DNA of 62,826 nt from a bacterium (GTDB lineage: Bacteria; Actinomycetota; Acidimicrobiia; Spongiisociales; ZC4RG35): NCBI GenBank assembly GCA_024641285.1, contig JAHEDH010000002.1:1-62826 (forward strand), written 5' to 3'. The notes beneath the pieces were generated by a model. It saw only the letters and a list, made by a program, of their open reading frames with translations, was not told where the DNA came from and searched no databases. This document shows, in pieces, positions 8,044 to 17,738 of this stretch. How positions within the stretch are numbered: position 1 is the stretch's first letter; each line of letters starts with the position of its first letter. A program made the translations under genes and the position numbers.

Positions 8044-8867
8044 GCGCCGAACTCGACGTCGATCTGTCGGTGGTGGTCGATGACTCGTCGTTTCGAGGCG
8101 GGCGTCACCCCAGACTGCTCGTGACGAACGACGACGGCATCGAATCGCCCGGCATTCGGCTGCTCGCGCGACGCCTCGCGGTCGACTTCGAAATCGTGGT
8201 CGTGGCGCCGCGGGAGGACATGAGTGGGACGGGCACCGCCCTGGGTCGATTCGATCCGGATGTCGGCGTGGGGATGATCGAACACGACCTCGACGGTGTC
8301 GATCGCGCCTACTCGGTCGACGGTCCTCCCGGACTCGCCGTGCTGTCGTCGGCGCTGGGCGCCTTCGGCCGGAAGCCCGACATGGTCGTGTCCGGCATCA
8401 ACGCCGGCTTGAACACCGGTCACTCGGTCCTGCACTCTGGAACCGTGGGGGCTGCGCTCACGGCGAGGAGCCTGGGCATGTGCGGACTCGCCGTCAGCCT
8501 GGAGCGCTCCGATCCGTGGCAATGGGCGACGGCGGCCGAGGTCGCCGCTTCGGCGGTCGGCTGGCTCGCCCGGCGGGGCCGAGGCGCAATACTCAATGTC
8601 AACGTGCCGGGGAGGCCGCTCGGCGACATCCGCGGTACGACCTGGGCGGACCTCGACGACTTCGGTCACATCCGAATGGCGACGGCAAATGTGCCGGGCG
8701 GGCTGCTCGAGTTCGATGTGCGCAGCTCATCGACGGGTGAGGATCCGCGCTCCGACACGGCGCTGTGCCGTTCCGGCTACGTGACGATCACGTTGCTCGA
8801 GTCGATCGAGCCTGCTCCCGCGCCGGGGCATCCGGCGGCGGATGTCTTCTCCCCAGTCACCCGATGA
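8040..8867 (+). CDS. surE: 5'/3'-nucleotidase SurE
   Basis: LLVTNDDGIESPGIRLLA..VVAPREDMSGTG...SGINAGLNTGHSVLHSGTVGAA. ATGA overlap with the upstream stop. Confidence 0.8.
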   Translation: MSAELDVDLSVVVDDSSFRGGRHPRLLVTNDDGIESPGIRLLARRLAVDFEIVVVAPREDMSGTGTALGRFDPDVGVGMIEHDLDGVDRAYSVDGPPGLAVLSSALGAFGRKPDMVVSGINAGLNTGHSVLHSGTVGAALTARSLGMCGLAVSLERSDPWQWATAAEVAASAVGWLARRGRGAILNVNVPGRPLGDIRGTTWADLDDFGHIRMATANVPGGLLEFDVRSSSTGEDPRSDTALCRSGYVTITLLESIEPAPAPGHPAADVFSPVTR

Positions 8868-8892
8868 CGGGTGTTGGAGTGCAAGGCGGGAG

Positions 8893-9864
8893 TCAGCTGG
8901 TCTTGGCCCGAAGCGAGTGATCGACGAGATGGCGGGACAACACCGACCACATCGCCGGCTCCGCCAACCGGCGGCGCATCGAAATCAGTGTTCGGATGAA
9001 GGTGGGTACGGCGCCCTTCGGGTCGAGAGGGTTGGGGCGCATCGCCGAGAGCACCTGCGGTGTGGGCTCGAGGACGATCACGTCGGTCTCGGGCCAGATC
9101 CTCTCGATTTCGGCCAGCTCCCGCTGGAGAGCGGCGCCACCGACACGGTCGAACACCTTCTCGTGAAACCAGGCGTTCTCGCGTTGCTCTTCGGCAGCCA
9201 TGGGGGCGATCACGATGATCAGGTCCAACTGCCGCTCTGATCCCAGGACGAGATCGGCATGGGTGCCCGATACGACACCGCCATCCACGTATCGGACGCC
9301 GTCGATGACCCACGGCCGGAAGATCACCGGGATCGCGCTGGAGGCAGCCACCGCGTCCGAGATACTCACGATGGGCGCACCCTCGGTCCCGAATGCCACC
9401 CGACGCCTCGCTGCGATGTCGTAGGCGGTGATCACGGTGGGCCGCGTGGGCCAAGCATCCGCGGCGTGCTCTCCGATTCTTCTCGTCACCCAGTCCTTCA
9501 GGCCGGTCGCCACGAACGGGGCCGGGGATCCGAGCAGTGCCGTCACGCCCGGCTTCCGGACACTCGGGAGCAGTCCGTGTCTCAGCCAGGGCCCGATCCC
9601 CACGCCCGAGGCGCGATTGAACAGCCGTTGGGAGATCCTCGCGGCGACATCCTCACGGCTCTCGCCGGCATCGACGAGCGAATCGATAAGGAGTCGATCG
9701 TGTCTGAGCAACGCCGCCACGAACGAGCCCGCCGAGGTACCGATGACGACGTCTGCGTCGTTCGGGGACCAGCCGGTCGCCAGCTCGATCGACATGAGGG
9801 CCGCCATCTCATAGGCGGCGCCCGTTATGCCGCCACCACCGAGAACCAGGCCCACCGAAGTCAT
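8893..9864 (-). CDS. Patatin-like phospholipase
   Basis: GLVLGGGGITGAAYEMA (oxyanion GGG), GTSAGS (GxSxG nucleophile), and a DGG catalytic Asp region (VDGGVVSGTHADL). Confidence 0.8.
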   Translation of the reverse strand: MTSVGLVLGGGGITGAAYEMAALMSIELATGWSPNDADVVIGTSAGSFVAALLRHDRLLIDSLVDAGESREDVAARISQRLFNRASGVGIGPWLRHGLLPSVRKPGVTALLGSPAPFVATGLKDWVTRRIGEHAADAWPTRPTVITAYDIAARRRVAFGTEGAPIVSISDAVAASSAIPVIFRPWVIDGVRYVDGGVVSGTHADLVLGSERQLDLIIVIAPMAAEEQRENAWFHEKVFDRVGGAALQRELAEIERIWPETDVIVLEPTPQVLSAMRPNPLDPKGAVPTFIRTLISMRRRLAEPAMWSVLSRHLVDHSLRAKTS

Positions 9865-9924
9865 GCGAAAAGTGTATCCGCAACAGAGCTGTTACCCAGC
9901 GTTCATCCCGTAGCCTTCTGCAAC

Positions 9925-10806
9925 ATGGATCTGCGGTCTGTCGTCCCTTCCCAGGATCTCCCTGCGCTCAACCAGCTCTTCGATCTCGCCTCCGAGTGCG
10001 ACGGGCACCGCCCGATCGGGGAGCACAAGTACCTCGATCTGATTCACCCCGACCCGGGGGGAATCGGCGGGATCGTCGGTGAGATCGACGGCCGGCCGGT
10101 GGCCTACGTGGCGATCGGGCACATGCCGGACAGCACCACGTGTGCGATGGAACTCGCCCTGCATCCGCTCCATCGTGATCCCGACACGATGCGGCGGGTG
10201 ATCGACGCCGGGGTCGATCGGGTGCGCGCCTCATGCGGAACGCGCGTCCGGATGTGGGCGTTTCAGCCCCACATCGCTGCGGTTCTCGAAGACTTGGGCT
10301 TCACCGAGGAGCGGGAGCTGCGCCAGCTCCGAAGGTCGCTGCCGCACCCCGAGCAGCCTCGGTTTCAACCTGAAGTAGAGATCGAGGGTTTTGTCGACGG
10401 TCGCGACGAACGGGCGTGGCTCGCCGTCAACAACGCCGCATTCGCCGGCCATCCGGAGAACGGGTTCTGGACGATGGACATCCTCGAAGATCGCATTCGT
10501 CAGCCCTGGTTCTCGCCGGAGGGGTTCCGGATGGCAAGGATCGGCGGCGAACTCGCCGGGTTCTGCTGGACCAAGCGGCACGACGAGGAGCTGGGGGAGA
10601 TCTATGTCATTGCCGTGAATCCCAGGTATCAGCGCCGGGGACTGGGTCGAGCACTGATGCTCGAGGGCATGCGCTCGATGAGCGAGCGGGGCATGTCGTC
10701 GGTGATGCTGTACGTCGATGCCGACAACATCGCCGGGTTGGCGCTGTACGGCGATCTCGGATTCCGACTCGATCACATCGATCGGTCGTTCGTCCTGGAC
10801 CTGTGA
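9925..10806 (+). CDS. mshD: Mycothiol synthase MshD (tandem GNAT)
   Basis: Two acetyltransferase halves. The C-terminal GFCWTKRH..ELGEIYVIAVNPRYQRRGLGRALMLEGM..MLYVDADN..A..LY..LGF resembles MshD. An internal ATG of track ORF 9259-10806 is used as the start. Confidence 0.7.
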   Translation: MDLRSVVPSQDLPALNQLFDLASECDGHRPIGEHKYLDLIHPDPGGIGGIVGEIDGRPVAYVAIGHMPDSTTCAMELALHPLHRDPDTMRRVIDAGVDRVRASCGTRVRMWAFQPHIAAVLEDLGFTEERELRQLRRSLPHPEQPRFQPEVEIEGFVDGRDERAWLAVNNAAFAGHPENGFWTMDILEDRIRQPWFSPEGFRMARIGGELAGFCWTKRHDEELGEIYVIAVNPRYQRRGLGRALMLEGMRSMSERGMSSVMLYVDADNIAGLALYGDLGFRLDHIDRSFVLDL

Positions 10807-10808
10807 AC

Positions 10809-10967
10809 TCAGCCGAAGCGGCGGCCGCAGCTCGGGCAACGAGCGTCGGATTCGGTCGTGGCGGCGGCGCACCATGGGCATGGCAGATCACTCTCGGCGC
10901 AGAGATCGAACACGTCTACCGCACCGTCGGCACCGATCTGCGGGACCGCGACAGTGGTTCTCCTCAT
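10809..10967 (-). CDS. Small (52 aa) zinc-ribbon protein, not in the ORF track
   Basis: Own translation: MRRTTVAVPQIGADGAVDVFDLCAESDLPCPWCAAATTESDARCPSCGRRFG, with two CxxC pairs. GGGTGA lies upstream; same strand as the kinase gene upstream. Confidence 0.4.
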   Translation of the reverse strand: MRRTTVAVPQIGADGAVDVFDLCAESDLPCPWCAAATTESDARCPSCGRRFG

Positions 10968-11018
10968 GACGGATCACCCTAGGAGTGCGGGTCCAGACAT
11001 CGGTGGATTTCGCGACTT

Positions 11019-11846
11019 TCAGGCGATGGCAGAGCTGAGGTCGGTGATGAGGTAGTTGAGGTCGCCCAGCCGTCCGTCGCGTTGTTCGGCGGCGTCCAGC
11101 ATCGCCATCGAGGCGTGGTAGGCGATCCACGGCTTGAGGCGCTCTTGGGAGAACCGGGCTCCATACCCGTCCCAGAGTGCCTGCGCTGCATCCGGTCCCA
11201 GCGTGCGGCTGAAGCGCCACGTGGCGAGGCTCAGGTCCCACTCCGGCGGGGCGAGGGTGGCCCATTCCCAACCGATCAGCGTCATCGATCCGTCCTCGGA
11301 CACCAGGAACTTGTCCGGACTCGGTTTGGTATGCGAGGGCACAGGCGCCGTGGAATCGGGATGGTTGGATGACGATTTCGCGGCTTCGAGAATGGCTGCG
11401 GGCAACTCGAGCCGGCGCCGGTAGCGCTCCAGGCGATCCAGTGTCGACTTGTAGTGGGCGACGACGTATTCGCCGTCGATGCCGCCTTCGAGGTTGGTGA
11501 TCTGCGCCTTCGAGTCATGGATCCCTCTGAGGAGATGGCCGGCCTTGGCGATCGTGTCGAGATTCCGGGGCAGTGCAGCGAGATTCCATGCACCGCCATC
11601 GGTCATACGGATCCAGGAGTGTCCATCGGTGGCGCCCCGCTCGAGGATCTGAGGAACGCCGTCGACCCCAAGCAGAGCCTCGAGTGCGTGTCGCTCGCGG
11701 CGCTCCCGGGAGGCGGTTGCGTAGATCTTGACGATCGTGGAGTCGCCGCTCTCGCGAAGAAGTCGGAACACATGGTTCGATTGGAACGACAGTTCCTTGA
11801 TCGTTGCGCCAGATGCGATGCTCTGGATGATCTCGCGGGGGGTCAC
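11019..11846 (-). CDS. Aminoglycoside/choline-kinase-type phosphotransferase (APH family)
   Basis: Protein-kinase-like fold cues: N-terminal nucleotide lobe (VFRLLRESGDSTIVKIY), then PSHTKPSPDKFLV (degenerate H-x-D-like catalytic-loop region)...LIGWEWA. Confidence 0.6.
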   Translation of the reverse strand: MTPREIIQSIASGATIKELSFQSNHVFRLLRESGDSTIVKIYATASRERRERHALEALLGVDGVPQILERGATDGHSWIRMTDGGAWNLAALPRNLDTIAKAGHLLRGIHDSKAQITNLEGGIDGEYVVAHYKSTLDRLERYRRRLELPAAILEAAKSSSNHPDSTAPVPSHTKPSPDKFLVSEDGSMTLIGWEWATLAPPEWDLSLATWRFSRTLGPDAAQALWDGYGARFSQERLKPWIAYHASMAMLDAAEQRDGRLGDLNYLITDLSSAIA

Positions 11847-11953
11847 CGGTGTCGTCTGCTCCTGTTGGGATGCACGGCGAAAGAAAACGAGAAATGGTTC
11901 CCGAGTCGCCGCTGTACGATTGCGTCCTTCAACACGCTAGCGAGAAATTCACT

Positions 11954-13894
11954 GTGCCTATCGAAATTCGTCTCCCCGACGGAAGCGTCGTCGAACACCC
12001 AGAAGGCTCGACCGGGCTCGATGTCGCCGCGGCGATCGGTTCCCGACTCGCCAAGGCCGCGGTCGCCGTTCGTCTCGACGGTGAGTGGCTCGATCTGAGC
12101 CGCCCGCTCCCGCACGGCGGCTCCATCGAGATCGTCACCGAGAACACCGAGGATGGCAGATCCGTGCTCCGCCATTCGGCGGCTCACGTGTTGGCCCAGG
12201 CCGTGCTCGACCTCTACGAGGGCGCCACCTTTGCAATCGGCCCCGCCATCGCCGACGGGTTCTACTACGACTTCAAGGTGGACCAGCCGTTCACACCGGA
12301 GGACCTCGAGCGCATCGAGAGCCGCATGGCCGAGATCATCGCGGCCGACCAGCCGTTCATTCGCGAGGCGATGGGGCGCGACCAGGCGCTCGAGTTGTTC
12401 TCCGACCACGAGTTCAAGCGCGAGATCATCGAGACGGTCGAACCGGGAGAGGTACCGGCAGGCGACGAGGTCACCGTGTATCGCAACAACGGCTTCGTCG
12501 ACTTGTGCCGCGGGCCGCACCTGCCGAGCACCGGCCGGCTGGAAGCCGTCAAACTGCTCCGGATCGCAGGTGCCTACTGGCGTGGCGACGAGGCCAATCC
12601 GCAGCTGCAACGGATCTATGGAACAGCCTGGGAGTCGAAGAAGGAGCTCGAGGCCTATCTCCACCGGCTCGAGGAGGCCGAGCGCCGCGATCACCGGCGC
12701 CTCGGGCCCGAGCTGGATCTGTTCTCGTTCCCAAAGGAGATGGGTGCCGGATTGGTGGTATGGCACCCCAAAGGCGGCCTCGTCCGCAAGCTGATCGAGG
12801 ACCACTCCCGGCGTCTCCACGAGCGCTACGGATTCGAGTTCGTGTTCTCGCCGCATCTCGCAAAGGAAGACCTGTGGAACACCTCCGGTCATCTGCAGTG
12901 GTACGCCGAGGGCATGTACCCCGGAATGGAGATGGATCACGGTGACGCCTATCGGGTCAAACCGATGAACTGCCCGTTCCACATCATGATCTACCGCAGC
13001 CGGGGTCGCTCGTACCGCGAGCTGCCGCTTCGACTCGGCGAGCTCGGAGGCGTCTACCGCTACGAGCGGTCGGGAGTGCTCCACGGACTGCTGCGGGCCC
13101 GGGGCTTCACCCAGGACGACTCGCACACCTTCTGCACCCGGGGCCAGCTCGCAGACGAGTTGGCGATGCACCTCGACTTCGTGCTGCGATGGCTCAAGGA
13201 CTTCGGGTTCACCGAGTTCGAGGCGGACCTCTCGACCAGACCCGACAAGTACGTCGGGGATCCGGCACAGTGGGGAGAGGCAGAGGAAGCCCTCGCTGCC
13301 GCTCTCGACCGCGCCGGCATGGAATACCGGGTCGCCGAGGGCGACGGGGCGTTCTACGGCCCCAAGATCGACGTACACGTCAAGGACGCCATCGGCCGAC
13401 GCTGGCAGATGTCGACGATCCAGGTCGACTTCAACCTGCCCGAGCGATTCGGGATCGAGTACGCCGGACCCGACAACGCTCCCGAGCGACCGGCGATGAT
13501 CCACTGCGCCAAGGCCGGGTCGATCGAGCGGTTCTTCGGCGTGTTGGTCGAGCACTACGCCGGGGCGTTTCCCACCTGGTTGGCGCCGGTGCAAGCGATG
13601 ATCGTGCCGGTGGCCGACCGTCACATCGACTACGCACGATCGGTCGCCGAGCAGTTGGCGAACGCCGGCCTGCGGGCCGAGGTCGACCACTCCGGTGAGA
13701 CGGTGGGCGAGAAGATCCGCCGGGCGATCACCGCGAAGACCCCGGCGGTGATGGTCGTCGGAGATCGGGACGTCGAGGCCGGAACAGCCGGATACCGCCG
13801 ATATGGGGCCGACGAAGAGCGTCGCGGCGTCTCGGTCGACGAGATCATCACCGAGCTGGCGGCGGAAGCGCAACCTCCGGGGGTGTCGGCATGA
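11954..13894 (+). CDS. thrS: Threonine--tRNA ligase
   Basis: TGS domain start (IEIRLPDGS..), editing-domain HSAAHVL, class II motifs (FRYE, GLLRARGFTQDD, GSIERF). GTG at 11954 is preferred over the track start at 11849; the start is uncertain. Confidence 0.9.
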   Translation: MPIEIRLPDGSVVEHPEGSTGLDVAAAIGSRLAKAAVAVRLDGEWLDLSRPLPHGGSIEIVTENTEDGRSVLRHSAAHVLAQAVLDLYEGATFAIGPAIADGFYYDFKVDQPFTPEDLERIESRMAEIIAADQPFIREAMGRDQALELFSDHEFKREIIETVEPGEVPAGDEVTVYRNNGFVDLCRGPHLPSTGRLEAVKLLRIAGAYWRGDEANPQLQRIYGTAWESKKELEAYLHRLEEAERRDHRRLGPELDLFSFPKEMGAGLVVWHPKGGLVRKLIEDHSRRLHERYGFEFVFSPHLAKEDLWNTSGHLQWYAEGMYPGMEMDHGDAYRVKPMNCPFHIMIYRSRGRSYRELPLRLGELGGVYRYERSGVLHGLLRARGFTQDDSHTFCTRGQLADELAMHLDFVLRWLKDFGFTEFEADLSTRPDKYVGDPAQWGEAEEALAAALDRAGMEYRVAEGDGAFYGPKIDVHVKDAIGRRWQMSTIQVDFNLPERFGIEYAGPDNAPERPAMIHCAKAGSIERFFGVLVEHYAGAFPTWLAPVQAMIVPVADRHIDYARSVAEQLANAGLRAEVDHSGETVGEKIRRAITAKTPAVMVVGDRDVEAGTAGYRRYGADEERRGVSVDEIITELAAEAQPPGVSA

Positions 13895-14364
13895 CGGACG
13901 GGATCCACGTTCCGAGGGAGATCGCCGATGCCGAGGGGATCCCCGAGGACCTCGACGCGAACATCGTCGGCCCGTACCGCTTCCCCGATCCGAACCGCCG
14001 CCGCATCGCCGGATGGATGTACGCCGCCGGGGCGGTCGCGCTCGGTGTGCTCGCAGTGACGATCGCCCCGCTCTATTGGGTGACTGCAGCGCTCATGGCG
14101 CTGCTGGCCGTATGGCACTTCTGGGCTTCGTGGCCGCTCGTCATCGACCAGGAGAAGGCGCTCGAGGTGGGCGCTTCGTTGGCGCCGTTCGCCGTCGGCC
14201 ATGCATCGGCTGCCGTGACCTTCCACGGGCTGCGGAGCCGGCCCCAATGGAGCGTGATCATGTACTCGGCGGACGATCCGCCCAGCCGCCGCTCACTCGT
14301 GCAGCTCGACGCCGTGAGCGGCGAACCGGTGGCCGAGGTGTACACGGAGTCCGTGCCCCGGTAG
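13891..14364 (+). CDS. Hypothetical membrane protein (2 TM) coupled to thrS
   Basis: ATGA overlap with the thrS stop. Two TM helices (WMYAAGAVALGVLAVTIAPLYWVTAALMALLAVW). Coding-like third-position GC. Confidence 0.55.
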   Translation: MTDGIHVPREIADAEGIPEDLDANIVGPYRFPDPNRRRIAGWMYAAGAVALGVLAVTIAPLYWVTAALMALLAVWHFWASWPLVIDQEKALEVGASLAPFAVGHASAAVTFHGLRSRPQWSVIMYSADDPPSRRSLVQLDAVSGEPVAEVYTESVPR

Positions 14365-14456
14365 CACTCGCGCCTCCGGTGGGCCACCGATTCCGACCAC
14401 GCGAGAAGACGTCGCGGATTCCTGCCATCATCCCACCCTTGCAACGAGAGGTGGAC

Positions 14457-15701
14457 ATGACGGAGAGAGGAGAGACGCGGACTCTGATACGCACGGGCCT
14501 GCGAATCTGGTTTCGGACACCACCGAGACGCCATGGGGAGGTCGAGCAGACTCGCGAGGTGAGCTTCCTCGAGCTGTTCTACGACCTCGTCTATGTCGTA
14601 TTGATCGCACAGGTGTCACATCACCTCGCCGAACATGTCAACTGGGAGGGCGTGCGTGACTTCGCCATCGTCTTCGGGCTCATCTGGCTGGCATGGCTGA
14701 ACGGCACCATGTGGCACGAACTCCACTCCCGCGAGGACGGCCGGAGTCGGAACTACATCTTCATCCAGATGGCCCTGCTCGCACTGCTGGCGGTGTTCGC
14801 CGGCGATGCGACCGGAGACAGCGGAGCGCCGTTCGCCATCACCTATGCCGTGCTGTTCTCGCTGTACACGTGGCAGTGGTACACGATCCGGCGGATCGAC
14901 GATCCGAGGTACCACTCGATGACGGGCCAATACCTCGCCGCCATGGGCCTCACAGTGACTGCCGTGATCGTCAGCGCACTCGTCGGCGAAGGGCCGAGGA
15001 TGGCGATCTGGGGAGCACTCGTGATCCTGTGGGTCGTCGGCGGGTACCTCCGCATGCGCACCGACCCGTCCGGGACGTTCTCCTACGGCCTCACCGGTTC
15101 ACTCGTCGAGCGGTTCGGTCTCTTCACGATCATCGTGCTCGGCGAGGTCGTCGTCGGGGTGGTCGAAGGAATCGGCGAAGCCGAAGAGCTCACGGCGCGG
15201 ACAGTGGCGACCGGCGTCATCGCGCTGACGATCGGGTTCGGGATCTGGTGGAACTACTTCGACAGCCTCGGGCGCCGCATTCCAGATCATGGGGTCGGTC
15301 GGCTGGCAAGCTGGTTCAACCTCCACTTCCCATTGACGATGGGCATCGCCGCCGGCGGGGCAGCAATGGTGAGCCTGGTGGAGCATGCCGCCGATCCGAG
15401 GACACCGGCCGCAACGGCCTGGTTGCTGACCGGTTCGGTCACCGTGGTCTTGGCATCGATCGCCGCGGCAGCACAGGCACTTCCCGACGATCGGTTTCCG
15501 CCCGGTTGGCTCCGGCAACTGGTGCCGACGTTCGCCGTGGCAGGCGCAGCCATTCTGGTGATCGGGGCGGCACGCCCGACACCGATCGTCTTCGTCATCA
15601 CCGTGTCCCTGCTTCTGGCGATGACCTGGTTCCGGATGTTCGCCCTGTTCCTCGTCCTGGGTGGCGTGCCGGGTGTCCACCGGCAGACCGCCGGCGACTG
15701 A
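14457..15701 (+). CDS. Low-temperature-requirement LtrA-family membrane protein
   Basis: VSFLELFYDLVYVVLIAQ...WLAWLNGTMW, multiple TM helices. An internal ATG of track ORF 13803-15701 is used. Confidence 0.7.
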   Translation: MTERGETRTLIRTGLRIWFRTPPRRHGEVEQTREVSFLELFYDLVYVVLIAQVSHHLAEHVNWEGVRDFAIVFGLIWLAWLNGTMWHELHSREDGRSRNYIFIQMALLALLAVFAGDATGDSGAPFAITYAVLFSLYTWQWYTIRRIDDPRYHSMTGQYLAAMGLTVTAVIVSALVGEGPRMAIWGALVILWVVGGYLRMRTDPSGTFSYGLTGSLVERFGLFTIIVLGEVVVGVVEGIGEAEELTARTVATGVIALTIGFGIWWNYFDSLGRRIPDHGVGRLASWFNLHFPLTMGIAAGGAAMVSLVEHAADPRTPAATAWLLTGSVTVVLASIAAAAQALPDDRFPPGWLRQLVPTFAVAGAAILVIGAARPTPIVFVITVSLLLAMTWFRMFALFLVLGGVPGVHRQTAGD

Positions 15702-15753
15702 CCGTCGCACGCGGACCTCGCGGACGGACACCACCCGCGACCGATGCGTCAGA

Positions 15754-17037
15754 TCACCGCTGATCGACGGGCACGTAATCGCGGTCGGCGGGTCCGCTGT
15801 AGACCTGGCGCGGCCTGAAGATGCGGCTGGCAGGATCGAGGCTCATCTCGCGGAACTGGGCGAGCCAGCCGGGGAGCCGGCCCAGGGCGAACAGCACCGT
15901 GAACATGTCGGCAGGGAAGCCCATGGCCCGGTAGATGATCCCCGAGTAGAAGTCGACGTTCGGATACAGCTTGCGCGAGACGAAGTAGTCGTCCTCCAGC
16001 GCGACCTCCTCGAGCTGCTTGGCCACGTCGAGCATCGGGTCGTCGACGCCGAGTTGTTCGAGCACGTCGTCGGCGACCGACTTGATGATCCGGGCACGCG
16101 GGTCGAAGTTCTTGTACACGCGGTGCCCGAACCCCATCAGACGGAACGGATCGTCCTTGTCCTTGGCCTTCCCGACGAACTTCGACACGTCGCCACCGTC
16201 GGCGACGATCTGCTCGAGCATCTCGAGGACCGCCTGGTTGGCGCCACCGTGGAGTGGACCGGACAGTGCGTGGATTCCCGCCGAGACCGAGGAGAACACG
16301 TTGGCCTGGCCCGAACCGACCAAGCGGACGGCAGACGACGAGCAGTTCTGCCCGTGGTCGGCGTGGAGGATCAGCAGGATGTTCAGCGCTCGCGCGATGA
16401 CGGGGCTCGGCTCGTAGTCCTCGGCCGGCACCGAGAACATCATGTTGAGGAAGTTCGAGGTGTAATCCAGGTCGTTGCGGGGATAGACGTACGGCTGGTG
16501 AGCGCGGTACTTGTATGACCAGGCGATCATCGTCGGGAGCTTGGCGATCAGCCGCCGCGTGGAGATATCGAGGGCATCGACGTCCTTCGGGTCCAGCGCG
16601 TCGGGGTAATACGTGGCCATGGCCGAAGTTGCGGAAGCGAGGATCTGCATCGGATGGGCGTCGTGCGGGAACGCCTCGAAGAGGTACTTCATGTCCTCTC
16701 TCAGCAGGCTGTGGCGGGTGATCTGGCCCGTGAAGGTCTCGAGCTGGCCTTTGTCGGGTAGCTCTCCGTAGTTGAGGAGGTAGGCGATCTCGAGGAAGTC
16801 CCCCTTTTCGGCGAGTTGCTCGATCGGGTACCCGCGATATCGGAGAATCCCGGCCTCGCCGTTGATGTAGGTGATCGTGCTGGCGCTCTCGGCAGTGTTC
16901 CCGAAGCCGCGGTCGACCGTGACCATCCCGAGCGTCGACCTGACAGAGGAGATGTCGAAGCCGCTGTCACCGGTCGTCGCCTCGATCACCTGCGCGACGA
17001 CCTCATTGTCCCCCGACCGAATCACGACTTCAGACAT
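15754..17037 (-). CDS. gltA: Citrate synthase (type II)
   Basis: ITYINGEAGILRYRGYPIEQLAE..., LILHADHGQNCS, GPLHGGAN, MGFGHRVYKNFDPR. Start taken at MSEVV. Confidence 0.9.
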   Translation of the reverse strand: MSEVVIRSGDNEVVAQVIEATTGDSGFDISSVRSTLGMVTVDRGFGNTAESASTITYINGEAGILRYRGYPIEQLAEKGDFLEIAYLLNYGELPDKGQLETFTGQITRHSLLREDMKYLFEAFPHDAHPMQILASATSAMATYYPDALDPKDVDALDISTRRLIAKLPTMIAWSYKYRAHQPYVYPRNDLDYTSNFLNMMFSVPAEDYEPSPVIARALNILLILHADHGQNCSSSAVRLVGSGQANVFSSVSAGIHALSGPLHGGANQAVLEMLEQIVADGGDVSKFVGKAKDKDDPFRLMGFGHRVYKNFDPRARIIKSVADDVLEQLGVDDPMLDVAKQLEEVALEDDYFVSRKLYPNVDFYSGIIYRAMGFPADMFTVLFALGRLPGWLAQFREMSLDPASRIFRPRQVYSGPADRDYVPVDQR

Positions 17038-17153
17038 GCTGCTGACACTTCCTCTCGATTGCTGTCGGATCATCCTATCGAATCGTCGATTGTGCGGCTC
17101 CGGCCGGAGAGACGTTCGGATCGGGACGTTTGCCCGTGTAGCTTGATGCCTCC

Positions 17154-17738
17154 ATGATCGATCAGCGGCTGCGACCGCACCTCCACGGCATCCTGGAGCC
17201 CATCGGCCGGACCCTGGTCAAGGTGGGCTTCACCCCGACCGTCATGACCGTGCTCGGTCTGCTGGTCGCGATCGTCGGTTCGGTCGTGATCGGGTTCGGC
17301 CAGCTGTTCTGGGGAGGGCTGATCGCGCTCGGCGGCTCTGCCATCGACGGGCTCGATGGCTCGGTCGCCCGTGCGTCGAATCGGGTCACGATTCGAGGTG
17401 CCTACCTCGACAGCATCTTCGACAGAGTCGGTGAGATCTCGATCCTCACCGGCCTGGCGGTCTCGCAACGCACCGACGCCCGCATCCTGCTGCTTTGCCT
17501 CCTCTGCCTCGGCGGTGCCCTCTTGATTCCGTACATCCGCGCCAAGGCCGAAACCCTCGGCGTCGACGGCAAGGGCGGGATTCTCGGCCGAGCCGAGCGG
17601 GTGATCCTCGCCACGGTCGGGGCGATGACCGGTCTCGTGGAGCCGATGCTGTGGGTGTTCCTCGTGGTGGCGTGGTTCACGGTCGGTCAGCGGTTCATGA
17701 ATACCTATCAGGCGATCCCTCCCGGTTCGGGTGACTGA
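17154..17738 (+). CDS. pgsA: CDP-alcohol phosphatidyltransferase (phosphatidylinositol-phosphate synthase-like)
   Basis: DGLDGSVAR....T..GAYLDSIFDRVGE matches the D-G-x2-A-R...G-x3-D-x3-D motif. Its position before the acyltransferase and pimA matches the actinobacterial PIM locus. Confidence 0.8.
   Translation: MIDQRLRPHLHGILEPIGRTLVKVGFTPTVMTVLGLLVAIVGSVVIGFGQLFWGGLIALGGSAIDGLDGSVARASNRVTIRGAYLDSIFDRVGEISILTGLAVSQRTDARILLLCLLCLGGALLIPYIRAKAETLGVDGKGGILGRAERVILATVGAMTGLVEPMLWVFLVVAWFTVGQRFMNTYQAIPPGSGD

Noticed and set aside
11847-11953. Possible T-box or other leader upstream of the aminoacyl-tRNA synthetase genes (thrS, hisS, alaS).
   Set aside because: The spacers before thrS and hisS are too short for a T-box. 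No specifier-loop or T-box consensus (AANNNGGGTGNNACCNCG-like) was seen. The alaS spacer is instead filled with the repeat modules reported above.
11843-13873. Very long reverse-strand ORF (676 aa) antisense to thrS. Similar long antisense or alternative-frame ORFs lie at 20287-21981, 32041-33252, 43216-45069, 48837-50351, 52333-53640, 53357-54736 and 3243-4373.
   Set aside because: Their translations are Arg/Gly/Pro/Asp-rich and match no recognisable family. Each lies opposite a gene with unambiguous conserved motifs. Stop-free antisense frames are expected in GC-rich DNA.
13803-14456. N-terminal extensions of track ORFs: 13803-15701, 9259-10806, 26469-28214, 26805-28094, 42062-43513, 43003-45270, 55456-57165, 39820-40977 and 40731-42149.
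   Set aside because: The extensions overlap upstream genes, are Arg/Pro-rich, and precede the point where the family-typical N-terminus begins. Internal ATG/GTG starts with RBS or ATGA coupling fit better.
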